64,000 nt of DNA from Desulfomonilia bacterium. GTDB taxonomy: Bacteria; Desulfobacterota; Desulfomonilia; UBA1062. Location: positions 512,001 to 576,000 of the forward strand of contig CAXXDQ010000004.1 of NCBI GenBank assembly GCA_963664325.2, read 5' to 3'. The notes under the pieces are model-generated. The model searched no databases. It was not told the origin of the DNA and worked only from the letters and a program-made list of their open reading frames with translations. The stretch's first letter is position 1; the number at the start of each line of letters is the position of its first letter. Shown here in pieces: positions 9,590 to 19,963 of this stretch. A program made the position numbers and the translations under genes.

Positions 9590-10819
9590 CTATTCGCCTT
9601 TGCCTATGACAAGGCATGCATTCTGTCCGCCGAAGCCAAATGAGTTGTTGATACAGTATTTCGTCTCCATGGGGACGGCAACGTTGGGAATATAATCAAG
9701 ATCGCACTCGGGGTCGGGATTATTAAGGTTGATCGTTGGAGGCAGAAGGGAATTGTTCAGCGCCAGAATGCTTATGGCCGTCTCCAGGGCGGCCGCCCCT
9801 CCTATAAGATGGCCGGTCATGGATTTTGTCGAACTGATTTTCAAATTATACGCATGCGGACCGAAAACCTTTTTTATGGCGACGGTCTCCGCCTTGTCGT
9901 TCAATGAAGTCGAAGTGCCGTGAGCATTGATATAGCCTATCTGTTCGGGTTTCAGCCCCGAATCCTTTATGGCCTGCTGCATGGCATAAACGACGGCAGG
10001 GCCATCCGGATCGGGTGCAACAATATGATAGGCATCCTGGCTCATCCCGATGCCGAGAAGCCTTGCCAGAACGGTTGCTCCCCTTTCCCTGGCGGCACTC
10101 TCTTTTTCCAGGACAAACATTGCGCCGCCCTCGCTCATAACAAAGCCGTCCCTTTCTTTGTCAAAAGGACGTGACGCGCCTGACGGATCACTGTTCCTGG
10201 TGGACAGGGCCCTCATTGCTGCAAAACCCGAAATTACAAATCTTGTCAAACAGGCCTCTACCCCGCCTGCGATCATGCAGTCGGCATCTCCTGCCTGGAT
10301 CAGCCTTGCCGCAAGGCCAAGCGCATGTCCGCCTGTCGCGCAGGCCGAGGCAACAGCCATACCCGGACCCTTTGAGCCGGTGAGTATGGATAGATAACCG
10401 GTTGCCATGTTCGAGATGTACATGGGAACAGAAAGGGGAGACATCCTTTTTGGACCGCGTTCCCTGAACACGGCATTTTGTTCTTCATATGTTACGACGC
10501 CGCCGGATCCGGTACCGACAATTACACCCATTCTGAAATCAGGGTACGTCTCTTTTGTAATACCCGCCTGGTTTACCGCATCAAGACCGGCCGTGACTCC
10601 CATCTGGGCATAACGGTCAAGCCGGCCGGAATCTTTATTCCCAAGGTATTTTGACGGATTAAAGCTTAAGGCCAAACCTCCGAAGGTTACCGGGAGGCCT
10701 TCCAGGAAGTCAATTTTTGCTATGCCTGACCTGCCTGATGAAACGCCATTCCAGAGTTCCTCGATGGTACTTCCCAGGGGTGAAACAACCCCCATCCCTG
10801 TAATGGCAATGTGTTCCAT
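9590..10819 (-). CDS. fabF: 3-oxoacyl-ACP synthase II
   Basis: SACATG catalytic Cys, NAHGTST, TGHLIG, NSFGFGG. Confidence 0.96.
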   Translation of the reverse strand: MEHIAITGMGVVSPLGSTIEELWNGVSSGRSGIAKIDFLEGLPVTFGGLALSFNPSKYLGNKDSGRLDRYAQMGVTAGLDAVNQAGITKETYPDFRMGVIVGTGSGGVVTYEEQNAVFRERGPKRMSPLSVPMYISNMATGYLSILTGSKGPGMAVASACATGGHALGLAARLIQAGDADCMIAGGVEACLTRFVISGFAAMRALSTRNSDPSGASRPFDKERDGFVMSEGGAMFVLEKESAARERGATVLARLLGIGMSQDAYHIVAPDPDGPAVVYAMQQAIKDSGLKPEQIGYINAHGTSTSLNDKAETVAIKKVFGPHAYNLKISSTKSMTGHLIGGAAALETAISILALNNSLLPPTINLNNPDPECDLDYIPNVAVPMETKYCINNSFGFGGQNACLVIGKGE

Positions 10820-10832
10820 TTAGAGAGTATGA

Positions 10833-11075
10833 TTATTTTATTGCCAGTTTGTCCTGGACGTATTTTATGGCATCCTTGACAAATTTAATATTTTCCGCTG
10901 CGTCATCAGGAATTTCAATTCCAAATTCGTCCTCTACGGCCATTATTAGCTCGACAAGGTCTAACGAATCCGCGCCCAGGTCGTCTGCGAAAGACATTTC
11001 AGGCGTAATCTCCGAAGGATTCCTGTCAAGCTGCTCTGCTATCAGTTCTATGACACGTTTCTGAACATCAACCAT
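10833..11075 (-). CDS. acpP: Acyl carrier protein
   Basis: [12 protein letters not shown] phosphopantetheine motif. Confidence 0.97.
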   Translation of the reverse strand: MVDVQKRVIELIAEQLDRNPSEITPEMSFADDLGADSLDLVELIMAVEDEFGIEIPDDAAENIKFVKDAIKYVQDKLAIK

Positions 11076-11190
11076 GTATTACCTCCCCTGAGGATTTTTG
11101 AGGTTATTCATCTAAAGCCGCAAGCAGTTAAATTGTGCAAACTACTTGTAACATATATCAGGATTTGTGAGAAGTGCTTAGAGTATGTTC

Positions 11191-12027
11191 TTACTTAACA
11201 GTCAATATTTTACAATCAAAACCAGGAGCAATTTTTCTTATCAATGCGGCGAGTACGGATTTGGGACCGATCTCAATAAATGTGTCTATCCCTTTAGACA
11301 GGGCGTATTCAACGGATTGAGCCCATCTTACCGGGCTTGTAAGCTGCCTTCTCAACAGGTCTTTTATCTTATCGGGTTCGGTTTCGGTACCTGCCGTAAC
11401 ATTAAAAACGATATCGCAGACAGGTTTTTTGATTTCAATTTGTTCAAGATATTCCGAGAGTTTTTCACTGGCTCCATTCATAAGAGGACAGTGCGATGCC
11501 ACGCTGACGCTTAAAGGAACAACTCTGGCTTTTTTTTCCTTCAATAGCGGGACAGCCCTTTCCAATGCGTCTTTTGTACCGGATATAACTATCTGGCCTG
11601 CGCCGTTGATGTTGGCCATATAGACATCCCCGAGGCGGGGCTATGGCTTCGGCTCAGAGCTGCTTCGTTAAGACCCATTACAGCGGCCATTGAACCGGCA
11701 GGGGAATCCTGCATGAATTCCCCCCCGTTTTTTCACCAGTTGGACCGCATCTGAAAGTTTCAGGGAACCTGAGGCAACGAGCGCTGAATATTCGCCCAGG
11801 CTGTGCCCCATAACCATTGCAGGTGAATCGAATCCGGATTCTTTCCACAGGGCAATGCTGACCGAAAGTACCGCGGGCTGTGCATTCACAGTAAGGTTGA
11901 GCTCCTCTTCAGGCCCCTCAGCCATCAGTTTTCCGAGCTCTTGAGGTACGTCAGGAAGACTGAGACCCCCGGTCATACCTATAAACCCTGCGTTCCCTGG
12001 ACCGGGAAAGACTATGCAGTACTGCAT
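11191..12027 (-). CDS. fabD: Malonyl-CoA:ACP transacylase, frameshifted (probable sequencing errors)
   Basis: Fragments carry FPG(QG), GHSLGEY, AN.N...QIVISG, SVASHCPLM, EIGP; joined by removing extra bases in homopolymer runs at about 11630-11730 and 11985-12000. Confidence 0.9.
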
Positions 12028-12228
12028 TACTTCTTGTCTTTTTCTTTTTCTTCTTTGGGCTTTACGACTTCCTTGCCTTTATAATATCCGCAGCTGGGGC
12101 AGACTCTGTGGGGCGGTTTGGGCTCATTGCAATTCCGGCAGAATGAAACAGCCGGCAGAGCTGCATGGTCGTGTGCCCTCTTTTTGTCTCTTCTCGTTGT
12201 CGAATGTCTCCTCTTTGGGTACAGGCAT
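12027..12228 (-). CDS. rpmF: 50S ribosomal protein L32 (Zn-binding type), one extra A near codon 5
   Basis: Not in the ORF track. Removing one A gives MPVPKRRHSTTRRDKKRAHD...CRNCNEPKPPHRVCPSCGYYKGKEV; canonical position after yceD. Confidence 0.92.
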
Positions 12229-12229
12229 T

Positions 12230-12786
12230 TTACTCCCTCCTGAGTTTTGACTTTATAGTCGCTAATTTTTCAAGTCTTGGATCCATGTTCTTTTTACAGG
12301 CACATAAACCTTCATTAAGGTTAGCGCCGCATTCAGGGCACAATCCCTTGCACCCGTTCCTGCACTCGTACCTTATAGGCATGGATAGCACCATCTCTGA
12401 AAGTATGAAAGAGCCGAGGCAGATATCTTTTCTGTAATAACCCACTTCCTGGCTCTGCCTTAAGGCCTCAAGGTCACCGTGCATATCATCAAGGGCCGGA
12501 AAATAATCTGTGGCAAGGGTTAAATCTATCTTGTATTTCATTACTTCCAAGACAGATCGAGCACGGAGTTTCGACCTCTGATTTTATGTTAACTTCGGCA
12601 TGGATTACATCGCCTTCTTTTGTCAGGGCATAATTAATTTTCAGCGGCTTTACAGGTTGTTATGTCGCCATTCATCAGTATTTCCGAAAGGATTTCAGGT
12701 TTGAATGACAAAGAGTTTTCAACCCCGAGATCCCCGATCGTATCAGCCGGTATTTTAATATCTTCTATTTTATTTATGCTTGCCAT
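12230..12786 (-). CDS. yceD: YceD/DUF177 family protein, frameshifted
   Basis: C-terminal PIRYECRNGCKGLCPECGANLNEGLCAC...DPRLEKL; upstream frame from ATG 12786 reaches a CSIC motif; lies before rpmF. Confidence 0.85.
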
Positions 12787-12969
12787 AAGTGTAGCACATG
12801 CTACTATTTCATTGATTTTTCTTTGTCAAGAAAATCCCCTTGCAGCTTTAACCGCAATTGCCGGTACGAGTCGGCACATGAAAAAAAATTAATAATATTC
12901 TTAAATAATATTAAAAGTTCTCCGATAAGGACTCTAATAGAAAATATAAAACATAATAACGGGGTAGCA

Positions 12970-14718
12970 ATGGCTGAAAGGAACAGAAAGAACAGGAATC
13001 CTTTGCAGCCGGGGGTCGCTGACAGAAAAGTTGCGGGTAAAAAAGTACAAGTCCCCCCTGAAAGGATTCTGACTCATCTTAGAGATGTCGTTCTTGTAAT
13101 CAAAAAGGATTTGAGGATCGCATGGGCAAGCCCATTCAGTTTCTGGTGAATGGGGCTATGATGACGCTAAACTGGCCGGAAAGGATGTAAACATGATCCT
13201 GAATCCCTTCTGCTGCCAGGATATTCATGAATGCATTTGACGAAGCACTGTCGGAGAACACTTCCCCTGCCCTCAATCGAAATGCCATTTGAACTGTCCG
13301 TGACTGCCGGGGACGGCTCGAACCTTTGGGTTGAAGCAAGCTGCAGCTTTGTCAGGGATTTTGATGGCGGCGGGAGTGCCATAGTCCTGCTGCTGCCGGG
13401 ATACTTCACTGAGAAAACTTATCGACGACACAATGCAGGAAAATATCAGCCTGCTCCAGATACTCATCGATTCCATTCCGGATGCTATTTTCATCATGGA
13501 TAAGAACGGACGCATTGAAGGCGTAAACAGGTCATTTGAAGATGCAATAGGCCAGCCCGGGGCAACTCTTAACGGAAAGACGCTAAAGGATCTGAACCCG
13601 GCATCCTCCGGCGAACTGATCAACTGGCTTAATACAATAATATCCAGCCTTGAAGGCAGCGCAAAGATACCGCTCGATCAGATAAAATATGCGGACGGGG
13701 GTGTCAGGGATATAGTATTCAACATGATCCCGTATCTGAGCTCTTCCGGTGAGTGTCTGGGAACAATAGGCCGTGGTATACGATGTGACGGAAAGAAAAC
13801 GCCTTGAGAATTCCCTGAGGAAAGAGACAGAAGAACTCAAGGAAGCCCGTGAGGAGCTCTCAAAGAAGAACTCCGAACTTGAAGCCGCGTATACGGAGTT
13901 AAAAGAGACACAGGCTCAAATTCTGCAGCAGGAGAAGATGGCATCAATCGGGCAGCTTGCAGCGGGAGTTGCACACGAGATTAATAATCCGATAGGTTTC
14001 ATATCCAGCAATCTGAGTTCCCTGTCGAAGTATGTTGACAAGATTTCGGAATTTATGACCGCTCAGTCCTCAGTTGCCGGAATTTGCCCGGATAATGAGA
14101 AGAAGATGGCTCTCGAAGAAAAAAAGAAGATATTGAAGATAGACTACATCCAGGACGATATTAAAGACCCTTATCTCGGAATCTCTCGACGGCGCCGAGA
14201 GGGGTCAAGAAAATAGTTCAGGACCTGAAATCGTTCTCAAGGAACGACCAGCTTGAATACCGGGAAGCTGATATAAACGAATGCATGGAAAGCACATTCA
14301 ACATTGTCTGGAATGAGCTCAGATATAAGGCAACCGTAATAAAGGAATATGGCGATATACCTCTTGCGAGATGTTTTCCCCAGCAGATAAACCAGGTGTT
14401 TATGAACCTGCTGGTCAATGCCGTTCATTGCCATTGAAACATCCGGCGAGATCCGTGTGAAAACCTGGGATAAAAATGGATGGATATACGCTTCGATATC
14501 CGATACCGGCCAAGGGATTCCTCCCGAACTGTTAAACAAGATATTCGAACCTTTCTTTACTACGAAAGAAGCCGGTGAAAGGCACAGGTCTCGGTCTGAG
14601 CATTACATACGACATAGTAAGGAAACATGGTGGAGATATATCTGTCGAGAGTGAATCAGGCAGAGGCACCACTTTTACGGTTAGCCTGCCGATAGCAGGG
14701 GTTATTTTCGATGAATAG
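12970..14718 (+). CDS. Cytoplasmic PAS-domain sensor histidine kinase (NtrB-like), multiple frameshifts
   Basis: Fragments give PAS segments ([18 protein letters not shown]), H-box [21 protein letters not shown]-box [31 protein letters not shown] and tail [23 protein letters not shown]. Confidence 0.85.
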
Positions 14719-15529
14719 AAAGATTCGAATCCTTTTCGTAGACGATGAGCAGTCGATACTCAATTCGATGAAACGCCTGTTCATGAACTGCGATTACGAT
14801 ATCCTGACAGCCATATCGGGAGAACAGGGTCTGGAGAAAATCAAGAACAGCCAGCCGGTGCATATCGTCGTTTCCGATTACAGAATGCCGGGTATGAACG
14901 GGGTGGAGTTTTTAAAGGCAGTCAGTAAATACTGGCCTGATTCAGTCAGGATTATCCTTTCAGGTTATGTAGATACCGCAAACGTCATAGCCGCAATCAA
15001 TAGCGGCCAGGTATTCAAAGTCATTACCAAACCATGGAACGACGATGATTTCAGAAATATCATCATAGATTCTGCAGAAAAATATTACACCCAGGAACAC
15101 AACATGGAAACAAGCAGCGTATGGAAACTTGTTGAATCCCTTCCGCTCATAATGCTCAAATTTAATAACGGGGGAGAAATTGTCTGGATGAACCCGAAGG
15201 CCGTCGAAGTGTTCGGGGAAAAGATGCTTCAAAAAAATACAACAGAAGTCTTGCCGGAAATTAAAGAAGTCGTATCTGATGCAAAGGATGCGGGGGAAGC
15301 ATCAGATGTGGTCCTTATAGGAGGCAAATACTATAAGGCCTATGCAGCTAAACTTCAGAAAAACGGAAGCAGTGAAGGCTGTATCCTTGTGCTGGATCTG
15401 AAAGTGAGAATGTCTGAAAATATCCTTATCAGGGAACTTGGCGGAGATATTGCTTTCGAGAGTGAATCGGGCAGGGGCACCGCCTTCACGGTAAGCCGGC
15501 CGGCAGCGGGGGTGAAGTTCGATGAGTAG
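14711..15529 (+). CDS. Response regulator REC-PAS, copy 1
   Basis: [20 protein letters not shown]; PAS-like [25 protein letters not shown]. Confidence 0.9.
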   Translation: MNRKIRILFVDDEQSILNSMKRLFMNCDYDILTAISGEQGLEKIKNSQPVHIVVSDYRMPGMNGVEFLKAVSKYWPDSVRIILSGYVDTANVIAAINSGQVFKVITKPWNDDDFRNIIIDSAEKYYTQEHNMETSSVWKLVESLPLIMLKFNNGGEIVWMNPKAVEVFGEKMLQKNTTEVLPEIKEVVSDAKDAGEASDVVLIGGKYYKAYAAKLQKNGSSEGCILVLDLKVRMSENILIRELGGDIAFESESGRGTAFTVSRPAAGVKFDE

Positions 15530-16340
15530 AAAGATCAGAATCCTTTTTGTCGATGACGAGCAGCCGATACTCAATACCATGAGGCGCCTGTTCATGAACA
15601 GCGGATATGATATCCTGACAGCGGAATCGGGTGAAGAAGGATTGCAGAAAATCAAGGATAACACGCCCGTGCATATAGTCGTATCAGATTACAGGATGCC
15701 CGGTATGAACGGGGTTGAGTTTTTGAAGACAGTCAATACACGCTGGCCTGATACCGTAAGGATTGTGCTTTCAGGTCATGCGGATACCGCAAATGTCATA
15801 GCGGCAATCAATGAAGGTCAGATATTCAAGATCATTACCAAGCCCTGGAACGATGATGATTTTAAAAATATTATCATAGACGCTGCAGAAAAATATCACA
15901 TCCAGGAACACAACATGGAAGCCCGCAACGCATGGAAACTTATAGAAGCCCTGCCGCTCATAATGCTCAGATTTGATACTGATGGGAAAATTGTGTGGAT
16001 GAACCCTAATGCCGCCGAGGTATTTGGGGAAAAGGCGCTTCAAAAAAATATAGCGGAGGCCTTACCTGAAATTAATGAACTCGCATTTAATGCAAAGGAT
16101 GCAGGAGAAGCGTCGGATATGGTGCTGATCAAGGGCAGGTGCTATAGGGCCGATGCCGCGATGATTGTAAAAAACGGCAACAATGAAGGCTGTATCATGA
16201 TGTTGGATGTGACAGTGAAAATGTCTGAAAACATTCTTATAAAGAAACATGGCGGAGAAACATCTGTCGAGAGTGATTCGGACAATGGGACTATACTCTC
16301 GGCACGCATGCCGTTAGCGGGGGTAAAGTTCAATGAGTAG
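15522..16340 (+). CDS. Response regulator REC-PAS, copy 2
   Basis: Paralog of 14711..15529, same length (272 aa), receiver motifs intact. Confidence 0.9.
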   Translation: MSRKIRILFVDDEQPILNTMRRLFMNSGYDILTAESGEEGLQKIKDNTPVHIVVSDYRMPGMNGVEFLKTVNTRWPDTVRIVLSGHADTANVIAAINEGQIFKIITKPWNDDDFKNIIIDAAEKYHIQEHNMEARNAWKLIEALPLIMLRFDTDGKIVWMNPNAAEVFGEKALQKNIAEALPEINELAFNAKDAGEASDMVLIKGRCYRADAAMIVKNGNNEGCIMMLDVTVKMSENILIKKHGGETSVESDSDNGTILSARMPLAGVKFNE

Positions 16341-17979
16341 AAAGATCAGAATCCTTTTTGTCGATGACGAGCAGCCGATGCTCAATACCATGAGACGCCT
16401 GTTCATAAACAGCGGATATGATATCCTGACAGCGGAATCAGGTGAAGCCGGGCTGGAAATGATCAAGAATTTCCCGCCTGTACATATAGTCGTATCAGAT
16501 TACAGGATGCCCGGTATGAACGGTGTGGAGTTTTTAAAGACAGTCAACGCACGCTGGCCTGACACCGTAAGAATTGTTCTTTCTGGTTATGCGGATACTG
16601 CAAACGTCATAGCAGCAATCAACGACGGCCAGATATTCAAGGTCATAACCAAGCCCTGGAACGATGATGATCTTAAAAATATAATCATAGACGCTGCAGA
16701 AAAATATCATACACAGAAAAACAAGATAGAAAGACGCAGTGCCTGGAAACTTATAGAAGCTTTGCCGCTCATAATGCTCAGATTTGACAACGAGGGGAAA
16801 ATCGTCTGGATGAACCCGAAGGCCGCCGAGGTGTTCGGGGAAAAGATGCTTCATAAAAATGTAGCGGAGGCCTTACCTGAAATTGAGGATGTCGTATCTT
16901 ATGCAAAAGACGCCGGAGAGGCGTCGGATCTGGTACTGATAGGCGGCAGGTGCTATAAGGCCGATGCCGCGATGCTTCAGAAAAACGGCAGCAGTGAAGG
17001 CTGCATCCTGGTGCTGGACCAGAAAGTGAAAATGTCTGAAAAGATCCTTATCATAGATGATGAAATAGGAGTTCTTCAGGCTATAAAAAGGATTTTCTGC
17101 GATCTTGGTTTTGAAGTATTGGTGTCTTCAAACCCGATTGAAGCCCTGTCATTCATCAATGATCAGGATATTGCCGTCGTGGTGGCGGATCAAAAAATGC
17201 CCGAAATGTCCGGCCTTGAACTGTTATCCAGGCTGAAAACCATGGCCCCTGATATCAAGCGCATCATGCTTACCGGCTATGGAGATTTGAATATAGCAAT
17301 GTCGGCGATTAATGAATGCGATGTCTTCAGGTTCATATCAAAACCATGGAACGACAAGCAGCTGATCGAAGCGGTTACCGATGCCATAAACGAATACAGG
17401 ATTGTCAAATCGATGCGGCATTCGGATGAAAGCATGCTTTTATCACTCGCTCAGACGGTTGAGCTGAAGGACCCGTATACCAGGGGCCACTGCGACAGGG
17501 TTGCCGACGTCGCACTGTCGATCGCGGAACACCTTGGGCTGCCTCCTGAAACAAAGAAATCGATCATGCATGGAAGCTGGCTGCACGACTGCGGCAAAAT
17601 CGGGATACCCGAGGCGATACTGAATAAGGATGGCCCTCTTTCTCCGGAGGAAATGGATATCATTAAAAAACACCCTGTGTGGGGGGCACATGTTGCAGAG
17701 CTTGCTATGTGTTCGGAAACAGTAATCAATATAATAAACTATCATCATGAGCGTTACGACGGGCTGGGTTATCCGGAAGGAAAACGTGGAAAGGACATCC
17801 CTCTTGAAGCGCGGATTGTAGCCACTGCTGATATTTTCGATGCCCTGGTATCGGACAGGCCATACAGGAAGGCTTTCAGTGTCGATAAGACGCTTGCCAT
17901 TCTCGAAGGCATGAGAAACAAGGAACTTGATCCGGAGCTTCTGGACATTTTTCTCTCGACAATAAATCAAAAGGAGTGA
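16333..17979 (+). CDS. REC-PAS-REC-HD-GYP cyclic-dinucleotide phosphodiesterase
   Basis: Two receiver domains; KDPYTRGH, LHDCGK, HHERYDGLGYP, DIFDALVSDRPYRK. Confidence 0.92.
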   Translation: MSRKIRILFVDDEQPMLNTMRRLFINSGYDILTAESGEAGLEMIKNFPPVHIVVSDYRMPGMNGVEFLKTVNARWPDTVRIVLSGYADTANVIAAINDGQIFKVITKPWNDDDLKNIIIDAAEKYHTQKNKIERRSAWKLIEALPLIMLRFDNEGKIVWMNPKAAEVFGEKMLHKNVAEALPEIEDVVSYAKDAGEASDLVLIGGRCYKADAAMLQKNGSSEGCILVLDQKVKMSEKILIIDDEIGVLQAIKRIFCDLGFEVLVSSNPIEALSFINDQDIAVVVADQKMPEMSGLELLSRLKTMAPDIKRIMLTGYGDLNIAMSAINECDVFRFISKPWNDKQLIEAVTDAINEYRIVKSMRHSDESMLLSLAQTVELKDPYTRGHCDRVADVALSIAEHLGLPPETKKSIMHGSWLHDCGKIGIPEAILNKDGPLSPEEMDIIKKHPVWGAHVAELAMCSETVINIINYHHERYDGLGYPEGKRGKDIPLEARIVATADIFDALVSDRPYRKAFSVDKTLAILEGMRNKELDPELLDIFLSTINQKE

Positions 17980-17982
17980 GAG

Positions 17983-19299
17983 ATGGACGGAGGCGAAGAA
18001 AGAATACCATCCAGGGTCCTGATCGTAGATGACGAAGAAAATATAATTCGGTCCCTGACCAGGCTGTTCATGAGTAATGACATCGATGTCCTGTCCGCAT
18101 CCTCGGCTGACGATGCGCTCAAGATTCTTGAAGAAAACGAAGACGTTTCTCTTATTATCTCAGACCAGAGGATGCCCCACAAGACGGGTACAGATTTTCT
18201 CGAGGAGGCGCGCAGGATCAGACCCCTTGCGACAAGGATACTGCTGACCGGGTATTCCGATATAAAGGCTGCAGTCGATGCTATCAATAAAGGCGGGGCC
18301 TACCGTTATCTGACCAAGCCCTGGCAGGATGAAGAACTTCTTCAGGCAGTGCGGGAAGCGGCATACAGGTATGAACTGATTCAGAAAAACAAAAAACTTT
18401 CACTGATCGTTCAGAGGAAGAACGAAGAGCTGAGCGAATGGAATACAAGACTTGAAGCAAGGGTTAAAGAACAGACAGCCGAGCTTCACAGACAGAATGA
18501 ATCCCTTAACGATCTTAACCTGAAACTTTCAGGGAATCTCAGAAGTACTATCGCTGCGCTTTCGGGTCTTATCGAGCTAAGGGACAAGAATGTAAAAAAC
18601 CATTCCGGAAATGTATCGGAACTTGCGGAGAAGGTGGCTGTCTCAATGGGGCTTTCTGCGGAAGAAACCGAAAAGATAGCCGTTGCGGCACTTCTCCATG
18701 ACATAGGCAAAATCGGCATGCAGGACTACCTCCTCAGCAAAAGCATCGCAGAGCTCTCTGAAGATGAATTTAATGAATACAGCCTGCATCCGGTCAGAGG
18801 ACAGGCTGCAATAGACTCAATAGAGGACATGAGGGATATAGGGATTCTGATAAGACATCATCACGAGAATTTTGACGGGAGCGGGTTTCCGGACCGCATC
18901 AAGGGAAACGATATACCTGCAGGTGCAAGGATAATAGCGATTGCAGATTTCATAGACAGGAACCTTGAAAAATATATGAGCGATGTAGCCCTGGATCTGA
19001 CCTTGCGCGACCTGAGCGAACAGCTTGGGAGGCGCTTCGATCCGAGGCTGTATTCACATTTTTCACGTCTTGCCCGTCAAATCTGTTCCCTCACGTCAGG
19101 AGATGTCGAGGCTTCGGAGAGAGAACTGCCGCCTAATGAGCTTAAAGAGGACATGGTAGTCTCCCGTGACGTAAAAAGCGGAACCGGCATACTGCTGCTG
19201 AGTAAAAACATTGCGCTGAATGCAATGAATATAAAGGCGATCAAACGATACTACACGATAGACCCTCCAAAACGCGGTGTGTTTATATGGGCAAGGTAG
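17983..19299 (+). CDS. REC-HD-GYP-type response regulator (GFP variant)
   Basis: VDDE/SDQRMP/KPW receiver, coiled coil, LHDIGK, HHENFDGSGFP. Confidence 0.9.
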   Translation: MDGGEERIPSRVLIVDDEENIIRSLTRLFMSNDIDVLSASSADDALKILEENEDVSLIISDQRMPHKTGTDFLEEARRIRPLATRILLTGYSDIKAAVDAINKGGAYRYLTKPWQDEELLQAVREAAYRYELIQKNKKLSLIVQRKNEELSEWNTRLEARVKEQTAELHRQNESLNDLNLKLSGNLRSTIAALSGLIELRDKNVKNHSGNVSELAEKVAVSMGLSAEETEKIAVAALLHDIGKIGMQDYLLSKSIAELSEDEFNEYSLHPVRGQAAIDSIEDMRDIGILIRHHHENFDGSGFPDRIKGNDIPAGARIIAIADFIDRNLEKYMSDVALDLTLRDLSEQLGRRFDPRLYSHFSRLARQICSLTSGDVEASERELPPNELKEDMVVSRDVKSGTGILLLSKNIALNAMNIKAIKRYYTIDPPKRGVFIWAR

Positions 19300-19305
19300 A
19301 AAAGC

Positions 19306-19962
19306 ATGATAGAATACGATGAACTTGACAGGAGAATGGTACTAAAGCTGGTGTATTACGGCCCGGCCCTGTCTGGAAAAACCACAAACCTGCTGAAACT
19401 TCACGACCTTCTTTCTTCCGAGGGGCGCGGGGATCTCATGGTGCTGGATACAAAAGATGACCGCACCATCTTTTTTGACCTTCTGCCATTTTTCCTTGTC
19501 GCCCCAAGCGGCCTGAAGATAAAGCTGAAGGTCTACACCGTACCCGGACAGGTCAAGCATGACGCAACAAGGAAAGCGGTTCTGCAAAGGTGTGACGGGG
19601 TCGCTTTTATTGCTGACTCGCAGACAGCCGAAGAGACCAACAATTCATCAAGTTTTGAAAACCTTGAGAAAAACCTGTCCCTGGTGGGGCTGGATATAGA
19701 TAGTATTCCGCTCATAGTGCAGTTCAATAAAAGGGACCTTCCGGGCATAATCCCGGAATCGGACATAAGGCGCATATGGGGGCCGACAGGCATCCCCGTA
19801 TACATGGCATCCGCATTGAACGGCCCAGGGGTTGTCGAGACGTACAAGGCCCTCCTTGAAAAAACATATGATAATGTTGATTCGAAGTATTCTTTAGGCA
19901 GAGAGCACGGCCTAGGCAAAGAAGAGTTCGTAACAAAACTTACAAGAGTGGAGGCGTGCTGA
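19306..19962 (+). CDS. MglA-family small Ras-like GTPase
   Basis: KLVYYGPALSGKTTNL (G1), DRTIFFD, YTVPGQV (G3), NKRDL (G4), all MglA signatures. Confidence 0.92.
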   Translation: MIEYDELDRRMVLKLVYYGPALSGKTTNLLKLHDLLSSEGRGDLMVLDTKDDRTIFFDLLPFFLVAPSGLKIKLKVYTVPGQVKHDATRKAVLQRCDGVAFIADSQTAEETNNSSSFENLEKNLSLVGLDIDSIPLIVQFNKRDLPGIIPESDIRRIWGPTGIPVYMASALNGPGVVETYKALLEKTYDNVDSKYSLGREHGLGKEEFVTKLTRVEAC

Positions 19963-19963
19963 G

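Larger units (their letters stand above)
14620..17052 (+). repeat. Diverged tandem triplication, 3 x 811 bp
   Basis: Units start at 14620, 15431 and 16242; each is kinase 3' tail + REC-PAS + ATGTCTGAAAA.AT.CTTAT; gene starts 14711, 15522, 16333 are exactly 811 bp apart. Confidence 0.92.

Noticed and set aside
14620-17052. Triplication as an assembly artefact or CRISPR-like array
   Set aside because: The units differ at many positions while keeping open frames, and they are protein-coding with no short repeat-spacer structure.
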